In this document: positions 1-11,404 of the stretch, one piece after another
Layout: every line of letters starts with the position of its first letter
Numbering within the stretch: position 1 is the first letter of the stretch
Notes under the pieces: generated by a model
What the model saw: the letters and a program-made list of their open reading frames with translations, nothing else
What the model was told of the DNA's origin: nothing
The model's database searches: none
Program-made: the position numbers and the translations under genes
Source of the DNA: Thermoleophilia bacterium
GTDB lineage: Bacteria; Actinomycetota; Thermoleophilia; UBA2241
Length of the DNA: 64,000 nucleotides
Assembly (NCBI GenBank): GCA_016933475.1
Contig: JAFGAW010000027.1
Span: 403-64,402 of the forward strand
Direction of reading: 5' to 3'

Positions 1-1580
1 CCGACATCCCCAAGGTCCTTCACGAGGTCTGCGGACGGCCGATGCTGGCCTATGTGATCGACGCCGCGCTGAGCGTGTCGCCGGCGCGCATCGTGGTCGT
101 GACCGGGCCGGAGCAGGACGCCATCGCCGACGCCCTGCCGGTAGGGTGCGAGCGCGCCCTGCAGGCGGAGCGACGCGGCACCGGCGACGCCGTGCGCGCC
201 GGCCTCGAGCCGCTCGAGGGCTTCGACGGCGACGTGGTCGTGCTGGTCGGCGACGCGCCGCTCGTCGACGGGCAGTTCCTCGAGGGCCTCGTCGAAGCGC
301 ACCGGGCGACCGGCGCCCGGGCGACGGTCGCCACCGCGGTGCTCGGCGAGCCGGCGCACTACGGGCGCGTCGTGCGCGACGCCTCGGGTGCCGTGGCGCG
401 CATCGTCGAGGCGCGCGACGCCGACGCCGACGAAGCCCGCCTCAACGAGGTGAACACCGGCTTCTACGTCTTCGACGCCGCCCTGCTGCGGGCGGTGCTG
501 CCGCGCCTGCAGCCGGCCAACGCGCAGGGCGAGCTCTACCTCACCGACGCCGTGCACCTCGCCCTCGACGACGGGGCCCGGGTCGATGCGTACGTCGCCG
601 AGGAGCCGGAGGTGATGCTCGCCATCAACTCGCGAGTCGAGCTCGCCGAGGTCAACGCCCTCATGCGTCGCCGCCTGCTCGAGCGTCTCATGCTCGCCGG
701 GGTGACGGTCGAAGACCCGGCGACGACGTACGTCGACTGGGGCGTCGAGGTCGGGCGCGACACCGTCCTGCGGGCGAACACGCACCTGCTCGGGCGCACG
801 ACCGTCGGCGCCGCATCCGAGATCGGGCCGGGCGCCTACCTGCGCGACGCCTTCGTCGGCGACCGCGCCCGCGTCGTCGCCTCGCAGTTGCACGACTGCG
901 TCGTGGGCTCGCGCTGCTCCGTGGGGCCCTACGCGTACATCCGCCCCAACACCGTCCTCGCGGAGGGGGCCCGGGCCGGCACCTTCGTCGAGATCAAGAA
1001 CAGCCGCGTCGGCGAGGGCAGCAAGGTGCCGCACCTGAGCTACGTCGGCGACGCGACCATCGGCCGCGGCAGCAACATCGCTGCCGGCAACATCACCGCC
1101 AACTACGACGGCGAGCACAAGCACCCGACGCACATCGGCGACGACGTGCACACGGGCAGCGACACGACGTTCGTGGCCCCGGTCACCGTCGGCGACGGCG
1201 CCTACACGGCGGCCGGCTCGGTGATCACGCAGGACGTGCCGCCGGGCTCGCTCGCCGTCGCCCGCGCCCGGCAGCAGACGATCCCCGGGTACACGGGGCG
1301 TCGCGCCGCCCGCCGTCTCGCCGAGCAGGTGGCGGCCGAGCAGGCGGCGGCCGAGCAGGCGGCGGTCGAGCGTGACGCCGTCGGCGGCGCGTCCGCCGAC
1401 GCAACGCTCACCGACGACGCGCCGCCGCCCGCCGACGCGCCCGCCGACGCGCCGCCGCGGGGCGACTCACCCGGCGCGAACGCGCCGATCCCGGGCGACC
1501 AGGACGCGCCGATCCGGGGCGACGAGGGTTCGCCGTCCGCCGGCGGCAGCCCCGCCGGCGCCCCGCCGGCGCGGCCCTGA
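1..1580 (+). CDS. glmU: Bifunctional GlcNAc-1-P uridyltransferase / GlcN-1-P acetyltransferase GlmU. 5' end lies outside the window; carries an unusual ~110 aa Ala/Pro/Asp-rich C-terminal tail.
   Basis: Translation from nt 1 in the ORF frame reads DIPKVLHEVCGRPMLAYVIDAAL, matching the GlmU N-terminal region. Left-handed beta-helix hexapeptide repeats are present (VGDATIGRGSNIAAGNITANYDG). The conserved glmU-prs neighbourhood supports the call. Confidence 0.85.
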   Translation, partial: DIPKVLHEVCGRPMLAYVIDAALSVSPARIVVVTGPEQDAIADALPVGCERALQAERRGTGDAVRAGLEPLEGFDGDVVVLVGDAPLVDGQFLEGLVEAHRATGARATVATAVLGEPAHYGRVVRDASGAVARIVEARDADADEARLNEVNTGFYVFDAALLRAVLPRLQPANAQGELYLTDAVHLALDDGARVDAYVAEEPEVMLAINSRVELAEVNALMRRRLLERLMLAGVTVEDPATTYVDWGVEVGRDTVLRANTHLLGRTTVGAASEIGPGAYLRDAFVGDRARVVASQLHDCVVGSRCSVGPYAYIRPNTVLAEGARAGTFVEIKNSRVGEGSKVPHLSYVGDATIGRGSNIAAGNITANYDGEHKHPTHIGDDVHTGSDTTFVAPVTVGDGAYTAAGSVITQDVPPGSLAVARARQQTIPGYTGRRAARRLAEQVAAEQAAAEQAAVERDAVGGASADATLTDDAPPPADAPADAPPRGDSPGANAPIPGDQDAPIRGDEGSPSAGGSPAGAPPARP

Positions 1581-1637
1581 CGGCGTCCCTCTGGTAGAAT
1601 CTGCGTTCGGTCGGCGGCGAGCGAAAGAAGGGTAGGC

Positions 1638-2639
1638 GTGGCGAACAGCACCTCCTGCATCTACACGACGCAGAAGCGCCTCATGGTGTTCGCCGGGCGC
1701 AGCAACCCCGCTCTCGGCCGGCGCATCGCCGAGAAGCTCGGTATCGAGCTCGGCGGCGTCCTGCTCAAGACCTTCGCCAACGGCGAGCTCTACGCGCGCT
1801 TCGACGAGAGCATCCGCGGCGCCGACGTGTTCATCGTCCAGTCCCCGTCGGGCGTCGGCCGCCTCAACGACGAGGTCATGGAGCTGCTCATCATGATCCA
1901 GGCGGCCAAGCTCGCGTCGGCGCGCCGGGTCACGGCGGTCACCCCCTACTACCCGTACGCCCGTCAGGACAAGAAGAGCGCCGCCCGCGAGCCGATCACC
2001 GCGCGGCTCATGGCGACGCTGCTCGAGGCCGCCGGGGCCGACCGCGTCCTCTCGATGGACCTCCATCAGGGCCAGATCCAAGGCTTCTTCCAGATCCCCG
2101 TCGACCACATGACGGCGGTGCCGATGCTCGCCGACTACTTCAAGTACAAGCACTTCGGCGGGCGCCCGATCGTCGGCGTCTCAGCCGACGCCGGCGGCGT
2201 CAAGCTGGTCAAACGCTTCAACCACCACCTTCCCGAGGCCGGCCTCGCGGTGCTCACCAAAGCGCGGCCCGAGCACAACAAGGCAGAGACCCTGCATTTC
2301 ATCGGCGACGTCGACGGCAAGATCGCCGTGGTCGTCGACGACATGATCGACACGGCCGGCTCCATCATCAGCGCCGTCGAGACGCTGTACGCGAAGGGGG
2401 CCTACGAGGTCTACGTGACCGCCACCCACGCCATCTTCAGCGGCCCCGCGCGCGAGCGCATCCGCGAGTCGCGGGTCAAGGAGGTCGTGGTGACCGACAC
2501 GCTCGAGGTCCAGCTCGAGCCCGACGACAAGAAGATCACCGTGCTGAGCGTGGCCGACACCCTCGCCAACACGATCAAGAACGTATTCGAGGACGAGTCG
2601 GTGAGCGAGCTGTTCGCCGGCGAGAACCAGCTCTTCTAG
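1638..2639 (+). CDS. prs: Ribose-phosphate pyrophosphokinase (PRPP synthetase)
   Basis: GTG start; KLFAGRSNP-like N-terminus and the PRPP-binding motif VVDDMIDTAGS; 333 aa is typical size; directly follows glmU as in many bacteria. Confidence 0.9.
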   Translation: MANSTSCIYTTQKRLMVFAGRSNPALGRRIAEKLGIELGGVLLKTFANGELYARFDESIRGADVFIVQSPSGVGRLNDEVMELLIMIQAAKLASARRVTAVTPYYPYARQDKKSAAREPITARLMATLLEAAGADRVLSMDLHQGQIQGFFQIPVDHMTAVPMLADYFKYKHFGGRPIVGVSADAGGVKLVKRFNHHLPEAGLAVLTKARPEHNKAETLHFIGDVDGKIAVVVDDMIDTAGSIISAVETLYAKGAYEVYVTATHAIFSGPARERIRESRVKEVVVTDTLEVQLEPDDKKITVLSVADTLANTIKNVFEDESVSELFAGENQLF

Positions 2640-2650
2640 CAGGAGACTCT

Positions 2651-3325
2651 ATGGACAACGTCAAACTGCCCGCGCACCCGCGTCAAGAGACCGGCTCGCG
2701 GGCCGCCAACCGCCTCCGCAAGCAGGGGCTGATCCCCGGCGTGCTCTACGGTCACGGCAAGGCGGCCGTCATGTTCGCCGTCGAGCCGGCTCACTTGCGC
2801 GCGGCGATGTCGACCGAGGCCGGGCGCCACGCCGTCCTCGAGGTGGCTCTCGAGGGCCAGAAGCGCACGCACCGCGCCATCATCAAGGACCTCGAGCTCG
2901 ACCCGGTGCGCCACATCGTCACCCACGTCGACCTCCAGGAGATCCGTCTCGACGAGGTCATCGAGGCCAAGGTGGCGGTGCGCTACGAGGGTCCGTCCGC
3001 GGGCGAGAAGGCGGGCGGCATGCTCGACGAGGCGACGCGCGAGGTCACGGTCAAGGGCAAGGTCACCGACATCCCCGAGCACCTGATGGTCGACATCACG
3101 GCGCTCGAGATCGGCGACGCGCTCTACCTCAGGGACTTGGCGATACCCGAGGGCTTCGAGCTCCTCGACGACCCGGAGCAGGTGCTCTGCAGCGTGCTCA
3201 TGCCGCGCAAGGTCGCCGAGCCGGTCGAGGGGGAGGAAGAGGAGGCCGCGGCGGTGCTCGAGGCCGAAGCGGCCGCCGAGCCCGAGGTCATCGGCAAGGG
3301 CTCGAAGGAAGAGTCCGAGGAGTAG
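2651..3325 (+). CDS. rplY: 50S ribosomal protein L25 / general stress protein Ctc, with an acidic C-terminal tail
   Basis: N-terminus RQETGSRAANRLRKQGLIPGVLYGHGK is characteristic of L25/Ctc; sits in the conserved prs-rplY-pth order. Confidence 0.85.
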   Translation: MDNVKLPAHPRQETGSRAANRLRKQGLIPGVLYGHGKAAVMFAVEPAHLRAAMSTEAGRHAVLEVALEGQKRTHRAIIKDLELDPVRHIVTHVDLQEIRLDEVIEAKVAVRYEGPSAGEKAGGMLDEATREVTVKGKVTDIPEHLMVDITALEIGDALYLRDLAIPEGFELLDDPEQVLCSVLMPRKVAEPVEGEEEEAAAVLEAEAAAEPEVIGKGSKEESEE

Positions 3326-3343
3326 GCGGCGGCCTGACGGGCG

Positions 3344-3946
3344 GTGGGCCTTCGCTCACAGCCGGTGGCGGTGGAGGCGCTCGTCGTCGGCCTCGGCAAC
3401 CCCGGCCGGCCCTACGAGGGCACTCCGCACAACGTCGGCTACGCCGTGGTCGAGCGGCTGGCGCGGCGGCACGGCTACCCACGCGCGAAGCGCGCGTACG
3501 ACGGCCGTGCCGCCGAGGGCCGCATCGCCGGCGTCGCCGTGCTTCTGCTCGAGCCGACGACGTTCATGAACCTGTCGGGCCGCAGCGTGGCGGCGGCGCT
3601 GCGCGCGACGAAGGTCGCCGCCGACCGTCTGCTCGTCGTCCACGACCACATCGACCTGCCGTTCGGCCGCCTGCGGCTCGCCGCCGGCGGCGGCAGCGGC
3701 GGGCACAACGGCCTCAAGAGCATCAGCGGGCTGATCGGCCCCGAGTACCACCGGCTGCGCGTCGGCGTCGACCGCCCGCCGAGCACCGACCCCGACGTCG
3801 TCGCCGACTACGTCCTGAGCCCGTTCGCCGAGCCGCGCGCCGAGGTCGAGGCGCTCGTCGAGCGCGCCGCCGATGCCGTGGAGCTGTGGGTCGAGCTCGG
3901 GCTCGAGGAGGCGGCGAACCGGCTCAACGAGCCGCCGGCCGGCTGA
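3344..3946 (+). CDS. pth: Peptidyl-tRNA hydrolase
   Basis: LVVGLGNPGRPYEGTPHNVGY motif and HNGLKS active-site region; true start may be the GTG a few codons into the ORF. Confidence 0.85.
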   Translation: MGLRSQPVAVEALVVGLGNPGRPYEGTPHNVGYAVVERLARRHGYPRAKRAYDGRAAEGRIAGVAVLLLEPTTFMNLSGRSVAAALRATKVAADRLLVVHDHIDLPFGRLRLAAGGGSGGHNGLKSISGLIGPEYHRLRVGVDRPPSTDPDVVADYVLSPFAEPRAEVEALVERAADAVELWVELGLEEAANRLNEPPAG

Positions 3947-4010
3947 GACCGGCGCGGCCGATCAAGACCGGCGTGTCCGGCTGAGACCGGCGCGGCAGAC
4001 CTCCGCCCGC

Positions 4011-5333
4011 TCAGAGATCGGCTCTGGCGAGCGCGACGGCGATCTGGTCCTGGGCCCGGCGGGCGCGGTAGACGTCGACCGGGTCGCCGTTCATCAGCAT
4101 CGCGACGAACACCTGGTGGCCGTCGGCGCTCTGCACGCAGCCCGAGAGACAGCACGAGATGCGCAGCGTCCCCGTCTTGCCGCGGAAGTCGCCCGCCGCC
4201 GCCGTCCCGCGCAGGCGCGTGGCCAGCGTCCCGTCGACGCCGGCGATCGCCAGTGAGGCCCTGAAGGTCGCCCAGTCCTCCCGCAGGCGCATCGCCCGCA
4301 GCAGGCGCACGACCCCCTTCGCGCTCAGCCGGTCGAGGTAGCAGAGCCCCGAGCCGTCGTAGAGGCGGTAGGCATCGTCCGGCACGCCGAGGGCGGCGAG
4401 GGTCTCGCGCGCCACCCGCAGGCCGGCCGCCGTGGAGCCCACGCCGTAGACATCGCGCCCGAGACCCTTGAGCAGCATCTCGGCGAAGAAGTTGTCGCTG
4501 TCCTTGTTCAGGACCTTCAGCAGCGTGGCGAGAGGCGCCGAGTACACGGTGTGCATGCGGCGCGCCCCCTCCGGGACCTTGCCGGCCCGCGCCGCGCCGA
4601 CGACGTCGATCCCGGCGCGCTCGAGCAGCGTCCTGAAACGCCGGGCGACGTACAGCGGCGGGTCGTCGACGCGCTCGCCGGCATACCAGTTCTCGTTCAG
4701 CGACAGGGCCGACAGGGGCCCGCACTCGATCCGGAGGTGCGGGCTCCAGCTCGAGACCACGCGCCGCGCGTCGAACCAGGTGGCGTCGCCGAAGACGCGC
4801 CCCTGGATCTTCCTGACGCCGAGGCTCTTGAGGTAGGCGACGAACTCCTGGATCGCACCGGTCTTGATGCCGTACGCCTCGCGCTGGTACGTCAGGGTGG
4901 AAAAGGCCGGGTCCCCATAGCCTTTGAGGTAGACGTCGCCATAGATCGTGCGCTGGCCCGGCTTCAGGGGCAGGGTGAAGAAGAGCGAGGTGGGGAAGCG
5001 GTGGTCGGCCGGCCAGGTGACGAGCGCGGCCGAGCTCGTCACGAGCTTCATGTTGGACGCCGGTGCGAGGAGCGCGCCGCTGTTCCAGCCGTAGAGGGGC
5101 GCGCCGGTCGTCCGGTCGTAGACTGAGACCCCGGTGCGCGAGGTCGCGACGCCGTTGTCGCGCAGGATCGCGCTGATGCGCCGGCTGATGGTGCTCGCAC
5201 CCGCGCTCGCCGGCAGGGCCGCCGCGAGCAGGGTGACCAGCAGGAAGAGGGCGAGGACGGCGGCCGCGAAGCGGCGCGGCCCCGCCGGCCGCGGGCAGTG
5301 AGGGTCGAGCCGCTGTCGTCTGCTCATGATCAT
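4011..5333 (-). CDS. D-alanyl-D-alanine carboxypeptidase/endopeptidase, PBP4 (S13) family, secreted
   Basis: N-terminal signal/TM segment; SNMKL (SxxK) and KTGTL motifs typical of DacB/PBP4; start taken at the internal ATG (MIMSRRQRL) rather than the longest ORF. Confidence 0.75.
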   Translation of the reverse strand: MIMSRRQRLDPHCPRPAGPRRFAAAVLALFLLVTLLAAALPASAGASTISRRISAILRDNGVATSRTGVSVYDRTTGAPLYGWNSGALLAPASNMKLVTSSAALVTWPADHRFPTSLFFTLPLKPGQRTIYGDVYLKGYGDPAFSTLTYQREAYGIKTGAIQEFVAYLKSLGVRKIQGRVFGDATWFDARRVVSSWSPHLRIECGPLSALSLNENWYAGERVDDPPLYVARRFRTLLERAGIDVVGAARAGKVPEGARRMHTVYSAPLATLLKVLNKDSDNFFAEMLLKGLGRDVYGVGSTAAGLRVARETLAALGVPDDAYRLYDGSGLCYLDRLSAKGVVRLLRAMRLREDWATFRASLAIAGVDGTLATRLRGTAAAGDFRGKTGTLRISCCLSGCVQSADGHQVFVAMLMNGDPVDVYRARRAQDQIAVALARADL

Positions 5334-5464
5334 GGCCTCTCGCGAGGTATCGGCCGGGGCGGTGACTGTCGTGAGTCTTCGCGGCCGCACCGCGGTCCGC
5401 CTGCCGGGTACAATGGGCGGGCGACCCCGTCGCCCTTCGGCGGCGGGGCTGTCCGCGTGCCACG

Positions 5465-8400
5465 ATGCTGCTTCAGGACCTTCTGCAGAGCGAGAGCCTC
5501 ACGACGGCCGCGCCGCGGCTGCGCCGCGGCGCGGCCGTCTACGCGCCGACCTTCTTCGCGCCCTACGTGCTCGCCGGCCTCATCGCCGCCGAGGGCGGCG
5601 GGCGGCTCGTGGTCGCGCCCGACGCCGAGGCCGCGGCGGCGCTGGCCGCCGAGCTCGGCGTCTACCTCGAACGCGAGGTCCCGGTGCTGCCGGCGCGCGG
5701 CGTGCTCTACGGCGCCGACGTGGCGCCGGCGCCGCACGTCGTCGGCCAGCGCCAGCAGGCGCTGGCCGCGCTCGGCGCCGGCGGGGTCGTCGTCGCCGAC
5801 TGCGTCGCCGCGCTGGAGCGCTTCCTGCCCCTCGACCTGCAACCCGAGCCCTTGTCTCTTGTCGTCGGCGAGGAGACGCCGTTCGATCTGACGGTCGAGC
5901 GTCTCGTCGCGCTCGGCTACGGGCGCGTCGAGCAGGTCCGCGGCCGCGGCGAGTTCGCCGTCCGCGGCGGTCTCGTCGACGTCTACCCCTCCATCGGCGA
6001 GCCCCTGCGCGTCGAGTTCTGGGGCGACGAGGTCGAGCGCCTGCGCACCTTCTCGGTGTACTCCCAGCGCACGGCGGCGGAGGTCGCCGAGGCGACCGTG
6101 TACGCGGCCTTCGAGGCCGACACCGCCGGCGACGACTTCCAAGGCGCGGTGCGGCAGGTCGAGGCGGCGTGGGAGGACGAGGGCCGCGACGAGGCGCCCG
6201 ACGACGTCGTCCGCCGCGCCGAGGTGCGCGCCCTCGCCGGCCTGGCCGGGCGCTTCACGACTCTCGCCGAGTGCGCCGCCGGGGCGGGGCTGTCGCTCAT
6301 CGTCCTGCGGCCCGACGAGACCTGGCGCGCGCTCGCCGACTTCGCCGCCGAGGTCGACCTCGTCTTCGGTGCGCCGACGCGTGAGCGCGGCGGGGCGGCC
6401 GGCGCCGCGACGGGCGCTCCACCCGCCGCCCGCGACCGTCTTTACGTGCCGCTCCCCGAGACGCGTGCCCTGCTCGCCCGTGGCCTGCAGCTCGAGGTCG
6501 TGCGCCGCGAGCAGGCGATCGAGCTCGCCGCCAGCCGGCCGCAGTTCGCCGCCCGCGACCTGGGCGGCGCCGAGCGCGACCTCGCCCGGCTCGTCAACGA
6601 CGGCTACCGCGTCTACGTCGTCTTCCGCCACGACGGCGAGGCGCAGCGCGCCGCCTACCGGCTGCGCCACCTGACCGCCGAGGTCCTCGAAGCCGGGGAG
6701 GCCGGGCGGGCGGAGCCGGCTGCGCCCGGCCTCTACTTCCTCGCCGCGCCGCTGCGCGAGGGCTTCGTCTCCGCGGATCTGAAGCTCGCCGTGATCCCGG
6801 AGCGCTCGCTCCTCCGGGGGCCCTCCCGTGAGCGGCGCTTCGTCGGCGGCACGCGCCTCGCCAGCTTCTTCGACGTGCGCCCCGGCGACTACGTGGTCCA
6901 CGAGGACCACGGCATCGCCCGCTTCGCCGGGGTCGAGACGCGCACCGTGGCCGGCATCACCCGCGACTACCTCCTGCTGCAGTTCAGGGGCGACGACCGC
7001 GTCTTCGTCCCCCACGAGCAGATCGGCAAGGTCAGCCGCTACATCGGCGCCGGGGCCGGCGCCCCGCCGCTCAACAAGCTCGGCGGCACCGCCTGGCTGG
7101 CGGTCAAGACGCGGGCCCGCAAGGCGGTCGTCGAGATGGCCGGCGAGCTGCTCCAGCTCTACGCCTCGCGTCAGGCGGTGCCCGGCTTCGCCTACCCGGC
7201 CGACGGCGACCTCACGCGGCGCCTCGAGGAGTCGTTCCCCTTCGAGGAGACCGAGGACCAGGCCGAGGCCATCGACGAGGTCAAGAACGACATGGAGGCG
7301 CCGCACCCCATGGACCGCCTCGTCTGCGGCGACGTCGGCTACGGTAAGACCGAGGTCGCCCTGCGCGCCGCCTTCAAGGCGGCCGAGGGCGGCAAGCAGA
7401 CGCTGGTGCTCGTCCCCACCACCATCCTCGCGCAGCAGCACGCCGTGACCTTCGCCGAGCGCTACGAGGACCTGCCGGTCGAGATCGGGATGGTCTCGCG
7501 GTTCCGCACCAAGGCCGAGCAGCGCGACGTCCTCACGCGCTTCGAGAAGGGCGACGTCGACGTGCTCATCGGCACCCACCGGCTGCTCTCGACCGACGTG
7601 CGCCCCAAGGACCTGGGGCTCGTGGTCGTCGACGAGGAGCAGCGCTTCGGCGTGCGCCAGAAGGAGCTGCTCCGTCACCTCAAGCTGCAGACCGACGTGC
7701 TCAGCATGAGCGCGACGCCGATCCCGCGCACCCTGCAGATGTCGCTCTCCGGCATCCGTGACATCTCCGTCATCGAGACGCCGCCCCGTGGCCGCCATGA
7801 GGTGCGCACCTACATCGGCGAGTACAGGGACGACCTCGTGCGCGCCGCGATCGAGAAGGAGCTCGCCCGCGGCGGCCAGGTCTTCTACCTGCACAACCGC
7901 GTCGAGACCATCGAGGAGGCGGCCGAGCACGTGCAGGAGCTGGCGCCGAAGGCGCGCCTGCTCGTGGCCCACGGCCAGCTGCACGAGCGCGCCCTCGAGA
8001 AGGTCATGCTCGCCTTCCTCGCCGGCGAGGCCGACGTGCTGGTCACGACCTCGATCATCGAGAGCGGCATCGACATCCCCAGCGCCAACACGCTGATCGT
8101 CGAGCGCGCCGACATGCTCGGCTTGGCGCAGCTCTACCAGATCCGCGGGCGCATCGGGCGCAGCGACGCCTACGCCTACGCCTACCTGCTCTACCCGAGC
8201 GAGGAGATGTTGACCACCGAGGCGGCGGCCCGCCTGACGACCCTGAGCGACCACACCGAGCTCGGCGCCGGCTTCCGCATCGCCATGGCCGACCTCGAGA
8301 TCCGCGGGGCCGGCAACCTGCTCGGCGACGAGCAGTCGGGGCACGTGGCCGCGGTCGGCTTCGAGATGTACGCGCAGATGCTCGAGGAGGCGGTCGCCGA

Positions 8401-8928
8401 GCTGCGCGGCGAGCACCTCGCCGGGCTCGCCCCGGTCCGCCTCGATGTGCCGGTCACGGCGTACGTGCCGCCGGGGTACATCGCCTACGAGGCGACCAAG
8501 GTCGACGCCCACCGGCGCATCGCCCGCGCGGCGACGCTGGGCGAGCTCGGCGACGTGCGCGCCGAGCTCGCCGACCGATTCGGCCCGCCGCCCGGCCCGG
8601 TCGAGAACCTGCTCGCCCTGCAGGCCGTGCGCATCAAGGCCGGCGACCTCGGCCTGCGGGCGGTGACGTTGCGCGGCGCGCGCCTCCAGCTCGACGGCCT
8701 CGAACTCGACAGCGACGGAGCCGCGCGTCTGCGCGCGGCACTCCCCCGCGCCGTCTACCTGGCCCAGCGCGCCGCCCTCACCGTGCACGGCGACGGCGCC
8801 GCGCCGGCCGCCGATGACGAGCTTAACGAGCGTTCACAGGCCCTAATGTGGGTCGAGCAGGTCCTCGATGCTATACTGGACGCTCGCACGACCGCCGACC
8901 TGTCGTCTGACTCCGGGAGCCACAACTC

Positions 8929-8932
<4 letters not shown>
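5465..8932 (+). CDS. mfd: Transcription-repair coupling factor
   Basis: 1155 aa; superfamily-2 helicase motifs ([24 protein letters not shown]); UvrB-homology N-region and TRCF C-terminal region; typical size. Confidence 0.9.
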
Positions 8933-9978
<1,046 letters not shown>

Positions 9979-10018
9979 GGGCGGGCGACCGCCGCTCGGG
10001 CACGCCGCGGCGCGCGCC

Positions 10019-11293
10019 GTGGGCCTGACCTTCGTGTACATCGGCGCCGCCGCCGGCGCCGTGCCCGCAGCCTCGCTCCGGGCCCTTGCCGGCGGCGGCG
10101 CCGTCTTCGTCCCGGCCGGCCTCGACGACGAGCTCCGCGCCGCGATCGGCGAGGCCGCGGGCCCGGCGGAGGGCCGGCTGTTCGACGTCGATGCCGCTGA
10201 CGCCGCGGCGCTCGACGAGATCGCGGCCGCCGCGGCCGCCGGGCCCGTCTCCGTGGTCCTCGCCGGGCCGCAGGCGCCGCGGCTCGCCCGCGCCCTGCGG
10301 GCGCGCGCGGCCGCGGCGGCGCCGGCCCTCGAGACGGCAACCGTCCCCGCCGGCCCCGCCTTCGACGACCTGCTCCTGGGTCAGGAGCTGGTCTCCCTCA
10401 AGCGCATCGTCGACGTGCTCCGCGTCGAGTGCCCCTGGGACCGCGAGCAGACGGCGGGCGACATCGTCTCGTACACGCTCGAGGAGACCTACGAGCTCGT
10501 CGACGCCGTTGCCCGCGACGATCTCGCCGACGTGCACGGCGAGCTCGGCGACCTGCTGCTGCAGGTCGTGATCCTCGCCATGATGCAGGCCGAGCGCGAG
10601 GCCGGCGACCTGGGCAGCGTCACCCACGACATCGTCGCCAAACTGATCCGTCGCCACCCGCACATCTTCGCCGACGCCCGGGCCGACACGGCCGCCGAGG
10701 TCAAGGGCCGCTGGGAGCAGATCAAGCGCGAGCAGGAGGGCCGCGAGGGCGTCTTCCACGACGTCCCCGCCGCTCTGCCCGCCCTCCTCCGCGCGCAGAA
10801 GCTCCAGCAGCGTGCGGCGGCCGTCGGCTTCGACTGGCCGTCGGCAGCGGCCGCCTTCCCCAAGGTCGCCGAGGAGCACGAGGAGCTCGCGGAGCTCTTC
10901 GCCGAGGCGGCCGGTGCGGGCGGCCCGACCGCCGCCTCATCCGATGCCGCGGCCAGTGCGGGCGGCACGACGGCCGCCTCACCTGACGGCGCGGCCTCCG
11001 CAGCTGCTGCCGTGGACCCCGGCGCTCCCGACCCGAGCCGCCACGACCCCCGCGTGCGTCACGAGGTCGGCGACCTGCTCTTCGCCGTCGTCAATGTGGC
11101 CCGCCTCCTGCACGTCGACCCCGAGCTGGCGCTCCGTGAGGCGGCCGACCGCTTCGAACGCCGGGTCACCGCCGCGGCTGCTCTCGCCGCTGCGGAGGGC
11201 GTCGAGTGGGCCGCTGCGGAGCTCGAGATCCAGGAGTCGTACTACCAGCGCGCCAAGGCGGCACAGGAGAGCGGCGGTACCCCCGCCGGTTGA
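10019..11293 (+). CDS. mazG: Nucleoside triphosphate pyrophosphohydrolase MazG, with a ~120 aa Ala-rich N-terminal extension
   Basis: First MazG core CPWDREQT...ETYEL...ELGDLLLQV; second MazG repeat EVGDLLFAVVNVARLLHVDPELAL...FERR; a low-complexity linker separates the two. Confidence 0.75.
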   Translation: MGLTFVYIGAAAGAVPAASLRALAGGGAVFVPAGLDDELRAAIGEAAGPAEGRLFDVDAADAAALDEIAAAAAAGPVSVVLAGPQAPRLARALRARAAAAAPALETATVPAGPAFDDLLLGQELVSLKRIVDVLRVECPWDREQTAGDIVSYTLEETYELVDAVARDDLADVHGELGDLLLQVVILAMMQAEREAGDLGSVTHDIVAKLIRRHPHIFADARADTAAEVKGRWEQIKREQEGREGVFHDVPAALPALLRAQKLQQRAAAVGFDWPSAAAAFPKVAEEHEELAELFAEAAGAGGPTAASSDAAASAGGTTAASPDGAASAAAAVDPGAPDPSRHDPRVRHEVGDLLFAVVNVARLLHVDPELALREAADRFERRVTAAAALAAAEGVEWAAAELEIQESYYQRAKAAQESGGTPAG

Positions 11294-11404
11294 GGCAGGT
11301 CCAGCGCACTCCTGTGCGGCTGCGACCCTCGGCCGGGGCAGCGGCGCAGGCGACGCGGCCCTCCTGCGCCGACCCGGCCCGCGGCCGTCCGGTCCATCAG
11401 CGGC

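Noticed and set aside
3808-5463. 551 aa minus-strand ORF overlapping the PBP4 gene in another frame
   Set aside because: Arg/Pro-rich junk translation. The alternative frame (4011-5333) gives a clean S13 peptidase with SxxK and KTG motifs.
5330-8788. 1152 aa ORF on the minus strand
   Set aside because: Exactly antisense to mfd. Arg/Gly/Ala-rich translation with no domain signatures, typical of open antisense frames in high-GC DNA.
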